The notes under the pieces were generated by a model. The model was not told where the DNA came from. It did no database searches and worked only from the letters and a program-made list of their open reading frames with translations. Shown here piece by piece: positions 26,000 through 39,533 of a stretch of 51,837 nucleotides of DNA; position 1 is the first letter of the stretch, and the number at the start of each line of letters is the position of its first letter. Source of the DNA: Vitrella brassicaformis CCMP3155 (lineage: Eukaryota > Protista > Chromerida); NCBI GenBank assembly GCA_001179505.1, contig CDMY01000559.1, positions 1 through 51,837 on the forward strand, in the 5' to 3' direction. The position numbers were made by a program, and so were the translations under genes.

Positions 26000-26590
26000 G
26001 CCTAGGCGTTTGTATTCAGGTGACCAAGTGATAACGCGGCCCGTCTTGCAGCAGGTGACGTTGTGGCGTCGCCAGCTCACCTGCTGCAAGGACGCCATGA
26101 CATTGTGCGGGCAGGGTTGCAGACGGACTGTGGGATGACTGTGTGGACGATGAATGACATGATGGATTTTTTCGACTGGCTCCTTCATGTGTTGCGTGAA
26201 TGCATGTACCTCTTCGAAGCCATTCATTCATGAGTTCGATCACGTCGCACAAAAGTCCGATTCACGTTGAGAAAAAGTCCGTTTGCGAAGAAAGCGAATT
26301 TTTCCAAGAGAGCGTCATCAACCATTGGAGCCAGCTTCTGTCCGTCGAGCTGATGAAGCACAACGCGTTCCAAGTGGCGAGTCGTGCACAGCCACGGAGG
26401 GCCAGTGCGTTTCCCGAGGACTTCGTCAGCCGCGGCCGTATAGGCCACACACCAGCCCCGCTCCGGGGCTGTGAGGCGGCTGGCTGGATCTGGATGTTGT
26501 GTTTATGTCTTGCGCTTGTTTGTGTCCGTGTAGTGAGCGACATGCATATGTTTGCAGTCAGTGAGCGTTGCTCATTTGCTTGCATAGTTG
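26000..26590 (+). mobile_element. Decayed 3' end of CRE-like family 1 (REL C-terminus and 3' UTR)
   Basis: FFQESVINHWSQLLSVELMKHNAFQVASRA resembles the element C-terminus FFRETAVERWWARLSVLLQKGNAHMVRSRA; 26300-26575 matches 15560-15900 inverted. Confidence 0.7.
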
Positions 26591-27182
26591 GCTCCTTTTG
26601 CTACCTGGGACATGCATCGGCCCGCGGCCTAGCGTCTCCGAACGCCCAATAACGCACGGTGGACCGTGCTCATATCGGTTGCTCGCAGATCACCGTCTGA
26701 CAGTGACACGCGCACGCATCCCATGAACATGAACCTGACACACATACCCGACTGCGCATACCGCCGCCCAGCGGTATAGAAGTTGGACCGGGCGCTTTTC
26801 CCCCGCGCTTCTAGATACGGGGCATGTGAAACCCAGGGGTAGCCAAGGAAACCTTAGTGAGCCGACGTGCTTGCTATCACCAGGGATGTCGATCCTGCAT
26901 CGATCCACTATTTACATAAGGGTGGGAGGTCAAATATCGGGCGGGTAGGTGAGTTGCCACACTTTTCTCAGAAGGATCAACCCCTGCCGAATCGGGCATT
27001 CAAGCAAGGAACGCGACGCAGAAGTCCATCGTGCATATCTAGCCAAGCAAGGTGCCGCCAACTGTCGGCGACAGAACGGCAGTTGGGAACAAAATTGATT
27101 CACGCAAATGATCTGCTCCAGCTTCGTAGATCACGCCTTGACTCAGCAAATTCTGTGTACTCTTAGCTTGACAGACACTAGG

Positions 27183-29118
27183 TTACCATCTGACAATAGC
27201 AGCCCCCCAGGAGAGCCCTGCGCCAAAACCCGCCATCGCTATGATGTCGCCTTTCTTTACACGACCACCTGATATCTGAGGAGAAGCAACAACTGATGAT
27301 GTCCCGACGTCTTGCGTTCTGCCTACAGCTTCTGCGAGGGCGATAGGAATTGATGCGGCAGAGGTGTTGCCGTACTTTTCCAAATTCGCCAGAACCTGAC
27401 AGCCACAACACAGTCGTCCTTGGCACGGTCTCTCATTAGCAGTACTTCACCTTGTCTCTGGACAGCCCCAATCGATCAGCCACTGAGTCCATGATCCGGA
27501 TATTCGCCTCGAAGAGCAACGTCAAGCGCACATCTACCTTTGCGGACGTTTTGTGTGCATTGGCTTCTGTTTCGCTCACTTGGTGCAGTAGCAGCCAATC
27601 CACCTGCTCGATCGTAATGCCTGCATGGTCCAGGGCCTCCTGGATCGCTGTAGGGACCTCTCGGGTGGCAAATTTGAAGACCTCTCTACCATGGAGGTAG
27701 CCAACATTTGAATGTGTGACAAGTGCGGTCTTCCCACATTCATTACCTCCCATTCATGTATATCGGTTTGTAAGACCCCCTTGTCACGACATGATGGTCA
27801 CCGAACTCTGACGTGTTCAATACGTGATCGCTCCCTCCGTATGCCAGGGTCAGCTGTTCACGCCGTCTGCCATCACTGGTCAGACAAATGTTACAAATTC
27901 TGAATCAAGAGGTGACGACTCAGGCCTCTCACCTCTTCATTGAGAAGCCAAGGATTCCAGCCTGGTCAGTTGGTGAGGCAGCCTGACACATCGCACGTGA
28001 AGGCGCCTTTTCGCTGTTCGACGTTGTGGGTGTAGTTATTGACCTGCAGAACAGCGGCTCCCGCCCCATCTCCGAATAGAATACAGGTGTTCCTGTCCGA
28101 CCAGTCAACCCATCTCGATAAAGCGTCAGCACCGATCAGCAACACGTTGCGATACACTCCCGTCTGAATGAACTGACTCGCTGAAGGTAAGCAACACAAG
28201 GGACGAAGCGGAAGGACCTTTTGATGCTGTGCCCGTGTACCTGACCTGTCACCATGCCGAAGAGAAATCCAGAGCAGGCTGCCGTCAAGTCAAACGCAAC
28301 TGCATGGAGCACAGGAAGACTCTTCAAACGCTCCTCATCCAAGCTCTCGTTTTTTTACCGGCACCGCACGCGCCGATGGCATTGGCCACATAAGTAGCGT
28401 CTCCAAACAAATCATCGGGTGACGATGTGGCCAATATGACGAGATCGACATCCTTGGCTTTCAGTCCACACATGGACAGTGCGTCACGAGAAGCAGATGC
28501 GGCCAGATCCTACAACGAGTGCCAGTACAGATTGTCACCAGATCGACATGGCATGCGCTCACTTGCAGGGACGACTCTCCGTTGAGTATCCGCCTCTTCT
28601 TTATGCCTGTTCTCGTCTGAATCCACTGCAGCCTCACATGTCATCAATTGGTGAGCAGTAACTCGATCCGTGGTTGGCTTACTTCATCCGTGGTCTCCAC
28701 GACCTTTTCCAGGTCGGCATTGGTGAGCTCGGCAGTGGGTACAGCATATCCGACACCGACGGCCTTACAAGAGACAAAAGCGGGTGTGCCCTTCCGGGGG
28801 ATTGGGAGGGAACGGCCATCGTGGACAGCAGCACTGACGGGATCGCTTGCACAAGGTGAAGTGCTTGTGGTTGGACTAGCGCCATCAGCTGAGGGCAACA
28901 GAATGAAAGCGGCATGCTCGCTCTGCCCCCGGGCTCTTCCTACCTGACTGAAGTATTTGCAGTCCTCTACGTCTCAACAAATGCACACGATTTGAAAAAG
29001 CTGGCGTGTGGAAAGCAAGATGACGACCTGACACCGACCAGACGTCAGCGAAGGCCGTACCCGGCTGAATTGCCGATAAAGCATGAACGAAATAGAAGAT
29101 GCCAATTCTCGTCAGCAT
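27183..29118 (-). CDS. fabH: Spliced plastid-targeted 3-oxoacyl-ACP synthase III (KAS III)
   Basis: ATG 29118 with hydrophobic leader; [43 protein letters not shown] (catalytic Cys), [40 protein letters not shown]|ANIRI (His), [10 protein letters not shown] (Asn), [16 protein letters not shown]. Confidence 0.95.
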
Positions 29119-29489
29119 CGTTGTCGGCACGTCAGTTTTACTATGGAGTGGAGAAGTGAGAGGTGCCGATGGTTTGGACGGCCGCCTTCGGCGGCCGCGG
29201 CCGTCGATTGTGCCGCGAGAGGCGTGCTCTCACGTGCACGTGCGAGTCGCGCTACCTACGGTCCTGTTGAGCACGCATGACCCTCAGCCCTGCCCTCTAG
29301 GACATGCAGTGAAACCTAGTGCGAGCTTAGGCTGGCGCGTGCCGTTTGTCTAACTGGACCAGACTCTTCCGTCATCTCGGTTGATTAACCATCTTTCGGC
29401 GTCTTGCAGTGCTACACTTGTGCGATATCTCTGATCCCGGCTATACAGCGCTCCTCGCCCTTTGCTTGTGTCGCACCACTAGCGGTGGG

Positions 29490-30400
29490 ATACCGGTGGT
29501 GTAGCATTCATGTATATTGTGTCTTTCTTGGCCGTCCCTCCCTCTATCCCAGTCTGTCTCCCTTCATGCTTCTCTTCATGCCTCCCTTCCAATCGCCTTT
29601 TCCTACCTGCCACGCCCTATGACTGCCTTATTTACTTTGGTGTCGCGCACGTCCCAAGTGGCAGCTGCTTTTTGCAGACCTGCCACGCTTACGATTATGA
29701 TGGGGGGGAGGGGGAAGGTTGAGACAAACAGAAGTGCCGTATGTGAACAAACCCTCAACAGCATGAGAAACCCCATGCGTTTCTAGGGCTTCATGCTGTC
29801 GGGCGATATCGCTCGTTCTTGTGTATGTAGCCAGGGGAAGTGTTCGTCACCTGTGCCCTCTGTTGTCATCTGTATGTCGGCCGGCGCCAGTGCCTTTTTT
29901 TTTGTGGTGGACCATAGGGATGGGTGGGTAGACAGCCTGCACCACACAGACTCGTTCTTGCGTGCCCCTTCGGGGGGCCGGGGGGCAAGGTCTCCGTGAG
30001 GTTAACGAACGAACGAACGTTTCTCCTCGATCGGAGTGTGATCGTGTGTGGCCAGCGTATATGGTTGGTTGGTTATTGTGTTTAACGAGACTCGTCTCTG
30101 TAACCCCGGAGGGATCCTGTCGCCTTACGCACTAAACTAGCAGCATGTACATGCATAAGCATGCACACGGCCTGTCTAGCCCTCCCTGCACTGGCACCGG
30201 CGGACAAACAGATGGCAACAGAGAGCACTGGCTGCCTTGTAGAACGTTGACAAACACCGATTCTGGCTACATACACAAGAACGGGCGCTGTCGCCCAGCA
30301 AGAGCCATGGCAAGTGTACAGAAGCCAGAAGGGGGAAGTAGAAAAATGAGCGCCCTCTGAGCCACCAAAGCAACAATCAGCCAATTACATGAATACACCA
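29490..30400. repeat. Degenerate large inverted repeat (tail-to-tail related elements)
   Basis: 29793-29893 is the reverse complement of ~30187-30300 (CTGGCTACATACACAAGAACG shared); 29490-29512 matches ~30384-30400. Confidence 0.65.
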
Positions 30401-30815
30401 CCAGAGACACACGGGACCCATACGGAAGGAAGACAGGAAGACAGCAAAGGGAAAGGGAAGGAAATAGCCAGGAAGGCTATGAGGCCTGCAATGAGGCCTG
30501 CAACGAGGCCTGCAACATGTGATAGACGATACCTAAGGTGCGCTCCATCCCTGAACACAACACTAAGTGTGACGCCACGGTTGCTCCCGTCTATCTGTAC
30601 GGTAGTGAGCTATGGGCGGGCACTAACTGTGATGCAGTACGGTGTGATCTAAGTCGATGGGCACTTGGCAGGCACATGCACAGGGAGTCCTGGCTGGGCT
30701 GCTGGGCTGGCAGAGGAAGACAGAAGGCAGCTAGAGGGGAGAGCCCCGCCGCGGTAATGAACACACAGACAGTCATGCGGCACTGGCTGAAATGGCATGA
30801 GTATGGTCGCAACAC

Positions 30816-31240
30816 AGAGGCACGCCGAAGTCTAACCACACGCGTGGCATTATGCATACACACACAAAAGAAAAGGCATGGTGGCGCAGCGACCACACGT
30901 GATAGGCTACCGCACAGAAGAGACCACACCAATGACAAGACATCACCAGCCGCTTCACCCCTACCACCAAGCACTCGAACGAAGAAGATGAGCACGAGGA
31001 CATGAAAGGCAGGGGGAAGGCAGGGGAAGCAAGCTAGACAGACAGAAGCAAGAAGGGTCCCACAGACAGACAGGAGGCAGTACCATGAATGACAGGAGTC
31101 TGGTCTCAATGCATAGAGGCACGCCGAAGTATAACCACACGCGGAACCATGCACACGCAAAAGAAAAGACATGGCGGGCAACGACACGTGATAGGCTACC
31201 TCAGGCAGAGAGACCATCCAAATGACAAGACATGACAGAC
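30816..31240. repeat. Two ~130-bp direct repeats, 299 bp apart
   Basis: AGAGGCACGCCGAAGT.TAACCACACGCG...CAAAAGAAAAG.CATGG...CACGTGATAGGCTACC...AATGACAAGACAT at 30816 and 31115. Confidence 0.75.
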
Positions 31241-31762
31241 AGCCTCCCCCCCCCACACACACAGAGCACATCATAGACCACGGTGCCAGTGCAATAAACG
31301 AATCATGCAATGAAGCAGATGCCCTCCCATCCCCACGCAAACACCATTGCAGCTTCACCACGCCAACACCGCCGGTTCGGCACACTCTGACGACCGGGGA
31401 CGGGAGGGAAGCCGCATGTCCCAAGCAGAAGCAGGCGCAGTTCTCGTCACGTTGGTCCGCTGAGACGGCGTCGTCAAGCAGATCTTCACAATGAAGACCC
31501 AATTGAGGCTCGGGGGATGTGGGAGAGCGTACTGGGGGTGCGAGAAGGACGCCAGAGGAAGACTCTGAGCCGATAAGGCCGAGCGATATGATGACAGCTG
31601 CGGCAGACAGCATCATGAGGAAAGGTCGGAGACGCCAACTACAGCCAAATGGGTACGGACGAGGACCGGACGAGCACCAACACGACCCCCAGAGGGAGGG
31701 GAGGCCGATGGCATCCTCAGCCAAAAGGAAACAAGGCTGAGGACGCCCTCAGATCTGCCTTG

Positions 31763-31980
31763 GTTGGTTGGTTAGTGTGTTTAACGAGACTCGTGTCTGT
31801 AACCCCGGAGGGATCCTGTTGTCTCACGCACTAAACTAGCAGCATGTACATGCAAAGCATGCACACGGCCTGTCTACCCCTCCCTGCCTTGGGATCTGCA
31901 GGGCATGAATCGGACTCGGAGAAAAGACTCGAGGTTAGCCACGAGGCTCGTTAAACACAACTACCAACCAACCAACCAAC
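31763..31980. repeat. ~220-bp unit with ~35-bp inverted ends that run out into (AACC)n
   Basis: Left GGTTGGTTGGTTAGTGTGTTTAACGAGACTCGTG, right CACGAGGCTCGTTAAACACAACTACCAACCAACC; left half matches 30062-30190, right half matches 39818-39897. Confidence 0.75.
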
Positions 31981-32001
31981 CAGGGTGTGGGGGATTCCCA
32001 G

Positions 32002-35000
32002 ATGCTGCCTTTCCTCTTCCATCAAGCGCAAGTCGCTCCCGCGCCTCACTTCGAGGAGTTTCCGAAGCACTGGGAGCCTCCACCTCAGCCTTTGGTCGAC
32101 GATCAGAGGTGGAGAGAGTGGTACGTCCGCATGTCGGTGTTCATTCAGCGGCTGAAGGGCAAATATCCTTGTGGACTTGCAGCAGAGCGACAGTGGCGGA
32201 GCGTCGGGACGACATGGTCTAACCAGGTGCTTGTCGAAATTCGCCGGGGATCGGCGACCCTCCAAGGCGTCAGCGACAACCTCTGTCAAGAATACAAGCT
32301 GCATGGGGGGCAGGCGGCAGAGCAGCAGCCTTCTTGCCAGCCCCCGCAACACACATGGGCTACTCAGCCACCCAAGAGAAGTGCAAGTGCCATCAGGTCG
32401 AGTAGCAAAACCGTGGATCATCCCATTTCTGCTTCCCCTTCCTCCCCTTCCCACCCCGGCAATCTGCCCAAGAAGCGGCGATTCGATCAGAGGGGAGTAC
32501 AGGGAGGGAAAAGGGGTGATAACGTGGGCAGCGGTGATACGGCACAGACGGGTGGCCAAGTCATGGATCCAGAGGCCATGTTCAACGAGTGGAAGGCTCG
32601 ATTCAAAAAGGTCAGAAAGCAAGAGTCCACGTAAGATTGTGTTTGGCCAGTTCTTGTTGACTTTGCTCCTTGCATGTCTGTGCGTGCAGAGTGTGGATGA
32701 GGCGTATGCGGGTGTGAAGCGCAGGCAAATGCAGAATAAACTCGACTACTGGCTGAAACCAAAGGAGGAATACTGGTAGGAGAAACAAATGTGCGCCTGT
32801 GCCAGTCACTACTACGAGCGATTTCTTTCTTTGCTCCCGGTTGGGCAGGAAGTCACTTGGGGAGTTGACATCACTCGACTGGTCCGTCATCCCCTTTCCT
32901 CCGCTGTCAGAGATGGAGAAGGTGCAGCTCGGGAGGCGCAGTTCAGAGGACGACTGGGGAGAGCTAGACAGACATCGCAAGCAAGTCATGAACAAACCCA
33001 CTCCCGGCGTGCATGTGCAGCATGGCGGTGACGACATCGTACCAGGTAAGGGTGGCTCAGGGAAAGCGTCGCGCTCTCGGTCCCCTCGCAGTCGATCGCT
33101 GTCGGAGACCTCGGAGGAAGGGGGGAAAAGTGGCAGAAAAAAGTCGCGACCCGGGTGAGAAAGTAAAGGCAAGAGAACATGTCATCACCCACCATACGAT
33201 GAGGATGTATGTGATGCAGGGACGACGAGTACAGTCCTGTGTCCCTCTCCTCGAACGGGAGCCCTTCCCGAGATGACCGCCCTCCACTGGTGATGAAGCG
33301 GCGGGCCCAGCACAAGGAGTATGCTGCTGATTTTATCCCGTTGCCGAGGGCTGGCGCGAAAGTACCATGGCGAGCGAATAACATAAGGTGGGTACAGGGG
33401 AGCCCACGCATCAGATCTATCTATCTGCTCTCCTTCCTGCAGGGGTGAGGCTTCTGACGGAGACGATGAGAGTGCCCCAATGGCCCGAATCACACCCAAA
33501 AGCAAGCCGAAAAAGACCAAACACAAGGGCGTTTACGCACACGTGGTAACAACAGTGAAAGAACACACTTGTCTTTCGTATCCTTCAGTCACACCGTGAT
33601 TGTTTGGTTCTCCTTCCTTTGATGCAGTGGCGTGGAGTCATCCATGCTAAGGAACATGGTCGACCGCTGACTGGCGAGGAGGGGAAGCGACGTCACGAAC
33701 GGGCACGTCGATTCGCAGAAGACCAAGACGCACAGCACAAAGATAAAGTGAGACCGAATGAGGACCAACGCGCTTTCTACCTGCATTTGACGTTGTGGGT
33801 GTTTGTGCGTCTTCAGAGCGATGCACCGAATGTCTTGAATCTGGCTCCCACCTGGGAGCAGCGTGACCGCTATGGCAAGATAGCAGGGGAGATCATTGCA
33901 CAGCAGGGCAAGGACCTGAAGCAAGGGGAGCATTTCAAAATCATGACGCAAATACTCAAGTGCAAGGTATGCATGTCGATCGATAGCCAGAAGATGGCTT
34001 ATATGTGTCCTCTCAGGGTAGCAGCCAGGCGGTCGAGAAGCCCTATTTGCGCTTGACAGGTGCCCCTGAGCCCCAGAATGTCCGCCCTCAGAGCGTTCTG
34101 GAGACGGCACTGCCTCACGTGCTCGAGAAGTACAAGAACGACTGGCACAAATTGAATGACCAACTCAGGTGCGCTGCGACAGGTGAATGCGTATGAGTGG
34201 AAAGGATCGTTGGTTGGGTGCGCGCGCGTCTGTGTGTCTTTCTAGAGCACAGCGTCAGGACCTGAAGGTTCAGGGCATCGAATCACCATTCGCAATATGT
34301 GTAAGTGTATGTATGCATAAATGTCGTGCGTTACATGAGCTTCACTATATGTGAATTCCACGACTTCCTCAGCTGTACGAGACTCATGCTCGACTGTGTC
34401 TCAAGAATGGTGATTTGGGACAATTCAATCAATGCCAGACGCAACTGAGTCAGCTGTACACGAAGAGGAATATCAACCAGTCCAACTCCCACCCAGTAAA
34501 GAGGCAAACACATAGCTCACTCGCCTCGTAGTGCTGAGCGTCTGCTGACTGACAGTTGGTGTTTTTGGTACCCCTTCTTTGTGGTTAGGCTGAGTTCTGC
34601 TGCTATTTGTTGTTGTATCTGGCGCACATGGAACATGACGTTCCGCTGGTCAAGATGCTCGGTAAGCAAGCGCTGCTCCTAGGGTTTGGCCTAATTTTGT
34701 GCGTATTGGGTCTAGCTTCTATTCCGGGTGAGTATTACGATGACGATGGCATCAAGTTTGCTCGATCGATGGTGTCAACTCTAAAGTACATGAAGTCAGA
34801 CGCGGGCAACTTTGTGAAGTACTTTAAATTGGCCAGAAATGTGAGCACAAGGCACTACAGATGGATGGGTGAGCACTCTCCTCATGTCTGGATGTATGTT
34901 ATGTAATGGGCCGACCAGGCTCCCTACGATGTGCCCGATTTGTTGGCGATATTTGCTCCCTCGCGCAGACTGAAGGCACTGACATTCCTCACCAAGTAGG

Positions 35001-35330
35001 GGCCCGATAAGAGGCTGAGCAAGTGGATTATTTGTGTATCCACGTGTATTGCAGATCCTTCAAGCTGATTAGGATTGACGTCCTCACCCGCCTGCTCAAC
35101 TTCCAGTCGGATGAAGAATGCGTACAATTCGTACGGTAAGCAGTGCATTCATACAGCATCACAATAACCTCCGGGCCTCTCTTGTCTTCCTCTCGTCGCT
35201 GATTCCCAGATCTTATGACGCCAAGGTCGAGTCTTCCTGTTCTGGGCCGCGTCTTGATTGCAAGAACTCCCATGAGGCCCTGAAAAGGGCCGCACTGCGA
35301 CCACCACAGGTTCGCGCCGCAATGGGCTGA
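32002..35330 (+). CDS. LENG8: Spliced LENG8/Thp3-like SAC3/GANP-domain protein (5' exons tentative)
   Basis: [32 protein letters not shown]|[69 protein letters not shown] match the LENG8/Thp3 branch; stop at 35330. Confidence 0.82.
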
Positions 35331-36758
35331 CCTTTGGATGACGTAGGATTCACGTCCCCTGGTGACATCCAAGGTAATGAACATGAAAGGTAACGAACAT
35401 GAAGGAAGAGATGAGAGGAAAAGAGGGATTCACGTCATCCTAGAAAGTTCTATGATGTTACGTCTGCTGAGCGTCGCTGCACTTCATTCTTGCGTACCCT
35501 TCTGTGAGTTCATTCTTTTTAGAGTTCACGTTTGTGACCAGGAGATGGATTGCATCAATCATGAATAAACGAAAAAGCTCAGGTTGGCGAGCATCGTTCA
35601 TAAGAAGTTACGCAAAGGGCGAAGAATGGGCATTCCACGAGCACACATGGCGCATCCGGCTCAAGATTTCGGTTGTACCCAGGTGTCGTGTTGCGTCCTG
35701 ACTCGGGTGTGTCCATCCAGTGGGCGGCCGGCCTTCATTCTGCTCGACCCGCTGGTTGACCCGTCGTGATGTTCCGCCCTTTTAAATGCTCGACCCGGTC
35801 TGGCCAGAAAGCAAGCCGCATGTGAACAGGCCGAAACCACGTCAGTGCATGCGTTAGTTCATTCATTCATTCATTCGTTCATTCGAGCGTCCTCATGAAC
35901 GAACACACACAAGGCATTCATTCGGACGAGGCTAGCAGCACTGCAGGACACCCTGCAGAGACCAAAGCGGCGAGTCCGGCAAGGTTTCCCTTGGCTACCC
36001 CTCGGTTTCACATGTCGCTGCAAGTAGCCAAGGGGGTGTTGCCCAGGCCGCAATTGCGTGAATAGATGCATGTTGCGTACATGAGTGCGTGTGGCGGTGC
36101 CTGCCTGCCTGTGTATAGGGAAGGGATAGACAGAGCGATGCGTGAGGGAGGGAGGCGGGTGGTCTGATGCGTAGATACGTGTGTTTGTCTGTGTCTGCCT
36201 AATGCGTAAGGGAGGGGCGGTCTGATGCGTAGATGCGTGCGTATGTGTCTTGTCGTGTCGGTCTGGCTGTCTGTGTGTGTGTGTCTGTCGTGCCCTGTCT
36301 GTACATACATACATTTCTTGTCTTCATATCGGACGATCTGATGGACGATGGTCAACTGAATGAATGAAAGACATACATATATTATATGTCTGCGTACTGA
36401 CCACAGGGTGATTTCAAGGGTGCGCCATCCTTTGGACCAGGGATTAAGACGAGTCGCGAAGCGCAAACAGAGCAAGCAGGCAGAAGCGACAAGTCCGTTC
36501 AGACCAAGATAGAAGAGCGGATGTCTGTGGGTGTTCAGACGTATGAGTTCAATCCCTTTGTTAATGTGGTGTGTAGAATGCATAGCGGGAGGGGATGTGC
36601 ACAGCGGGAGGGAACACACAGGGACAATGCGTAGATGCGTACATGTGCGGACGGACAAGTGCTCAATTGAAAACTAACTGAATTCAATTCAGTTACACTT
36701 GGCACCACAGCTTGGGGTTATGTCCCTCATCCCTTGTATAGGAGTAGTTACGCGTACG

Positions 36759-37771
36759 ATGAAGAAGCCCACGTTCCTCAAAGCCGCTCCTCCTGCCACA
36801 GCTGATCCCCAAGACGTCCTCAGACAATCATCATCTGAGGTGGATGTCTCGACAAGAAGGAATCAACGGAGGCTGAAGGAGATGGCAAAGGAAGCACTCC
36901 GCTCTCAGATATCTTCACCGCCGCGTCGATACCGGTTTCCGCTCCTGCAGTGGAGGGCGGACTGCCGCTCCTGCAGTGGGGCTTTCTGGTGCTGCGGATT
37001 GGCTATATGACCGTTTGGCTGACGGATTACCCTGTGAGGCATTTCTCTGTCATCTTCGGCCTGGTCCTGCTCGATGTGCTCTACTGGGGGTCGGCGGTGT
37101 CTTAATCTATGGCCCAGTAGGACTTGAAGGTTTCAACACACTGCTCTTCTTCACGGCTGACGTGAAGGACGACCCCATGGGGCCATTTTTATTATTCAAC
37201 GCAATTTCTGTGCTTGGACCGCCATCGTTGGGTCAGGGAGTCTCTGCGCGCCGCCTACCGCTTTGGTGTGGCATTCTCAGCATCGTCGTGTTCTGCATAT
37301 CCACTTCTTTTTTGTATTGAGTCGCGTCCCCGCTTTGGCGCATTGACGTTAGTGGCTGGTGCGGCTCTTCTGCAGTTCATCATCTTTTTTATCGTCAGAC
37401 GCGCGTCGTCCGTGCATCGATCGAACCGACGGGCGAAAGGCACCTCGAGGTCGATCGCAGGGCAACCTGGAGGCCCTCTCCGCTGGCCGAGCGCATAGCC
37501 AAGGCTCGGCAGGCACAGCCATCCCTCTGCCGCTCGGATGGATTACCTTACCTTCACTCGTCTGTACAAGCTGCTGGCCGTCGAAGGGATGGCCGTTGAC
37601 TTCATCAGTGACGCAGCGGTGGGGCTGGAAATGTTGTCTCGTGACCCAAGACCCGTCGGCATTGTCGTCGTCGGCCTCGTCATCCTTGGCTTGTCGTTGG
37701 CTCTCCATCACTATCCCAACACACCTGGATTGTGGCCTTTGCCCTGCTGGAAGTGCGTATTTTGGTGCTGA
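36759..37771 (+). CDS. Hypothetical multi-pass membrane protein, possibly spliced or pseudogenised
   Basis: Successive overlapping ORFs with hydrophobic segments (LWCGILSIVVFCISTSFLY, GALTLVAGAALLQFIIFFIV, GIVVVGLVILGLSLAL); no family recognised. Confidence 0.35.
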
Positions 37772-39533
37772 CAATCGTGTGGGCAACGGAGGCTGCCAAT
37801 CCCATGGTCACACGTCGTGTCTGCATTTTTCACTTTAGTGACGGTTCTTTGTCGAGTCGGGTCGTTTGCGTGGAGCATGTATGTGCGTCGCAAAGGCGGA
37901 GCATCAAGCAATACTCAGGAAGTGAGGGGACACAATTGTGAACGAGGAAGAGGAGGCAATGGAAGATATCATCTTATTTATGTGCGGTGTCAGGGAGGGC
38001 CATCGGTCGTATGATGGCTGATTGTGGGGCAGTTGTATGTGAAAGTGTGGTATTTCTGCTGGTGAGATCGAGAACGAGTGGCAGTTTCCAAGTCAATCGA
38101 ACAGGGAACCAAACGATGTCGGTGACAAGTTTTTGTAAAATACGTGAGCTTGCTCGTCTGGCTGGTATGGATGTGTGCATGGGGTGCAGCATAGGGTGCG
38201 GACGCATGTTAGATGCGTGCTCACGTGTTTAGCGGGAGGGAGGGACTGGTGCGTAGATGCGTGCGTGTGGCGGTGCGTGAGGGATGGCCGGATCGATGCG
38301 CGTGTGTGGCGATGCCTGCCTGCCCGTCGATTTGATGCATGTGTGTGTCACGTACGTAGCAAGCGAGGTGTGTGTGTCTGCCTGCCTGTGTAGGTGTGTC
38401 TGCTTGCCTGCCTGTCTGGCCGGACTGATGCATACGTGTGTTTCTGTCGTGTCTGTCTGGCCGTCTGTGTTTGTCTGTCGTGCCCTGTCTGTACATACAT
38501 ACATTTCTTATCTTTATATCGGACGATGAATGAACGAAAGACATAAATGGTTGTTTTCTCACTTTAGTCACTTAGAACAAGGTCTTCCTGTCCATCAAAA
38601 ACACCCTGGGACTAAAGACCAGGGTTCAAGGTACATTCTATATAATATATATATATATATACATACAACAGGCGCGCGGGGGGCGGCACAGAGAGACAGA
38701 GAGAGAGAGAGCGCGAGAAGGTGCCACCCCGAGCCCCCACCCCCGAACCCACCGACGGGCACTACAGATGCTATACACGATGCGCACATCGCAGCGCGTG
38801 CGGTGAGGTTTCGGCTGAGAGCTCTTATCGCCCTTCCCCCCTCGAATTGAGCCGAAGACAGAATAAGATGAATGGGACCCGGGAGAGGAGTGTGATGAAC
38901 CACATCGAAGAGACACCACTGTGAATGGTAACTTGCATTAACCGTAACACTCGTCTGTGCTTTCGGAACAGTCATAGATACACTGTGAATTCACTGCACT
39001 GCAACGTGTCTCTCTTTTTTCGGTAGTGGAGCGCCCTAACCCACCAATGGGCCCCTGATGATATATATATTTCGCCAAAGATAGCTGACGATGGCCAGCT
39101 CCGGACATACTGCTGGCAGACTTGGAGGTTGCCACTGGTCTTCTCTAGCCGCTTCTTGAGCTCGTCGGGTCTTGTCAACGGCTCTTTATCGATTGCTGTT
39201 TGATGTTGAAGGCCTCGCTTTCGCCTTCTATGTAGACTCGTTTCAAAGGATCTTCATCACTTCTGCAAGGGAATTTGGCGATATATATGGGCAAAGGTGA
39301 GGTGACAAAGGAAGGTCAACACAGATCAAATCATCAAATCGTGATGGCTGACGACAGATGTAAATTCGATGGAACCCCCGCGAACGCGGGTCGACGAACG
39401 GCTACGAGGGGGTAGGGCCGGCTCGTAACGGAAGGCGATCGGAAAGGGACACGTTACAAAATGTCGCGGATCGAAAGGTACACACTAACTTCTAATTAGC
39501 TCGCATAGCTCGCACAGCTCAAAGCACTTCGCC

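Noticed and set aside
30591-31724. 377-aa minus-strand ORF as a gene
   Set aside because: Spans direct repeats and low-complexity sequence, starts at TTG, no recognisable motifs.
38940-39290. Possible small spliced minus-strand gene
   Set aside because: Splice-like signals present but no start, family motif or coherent model.
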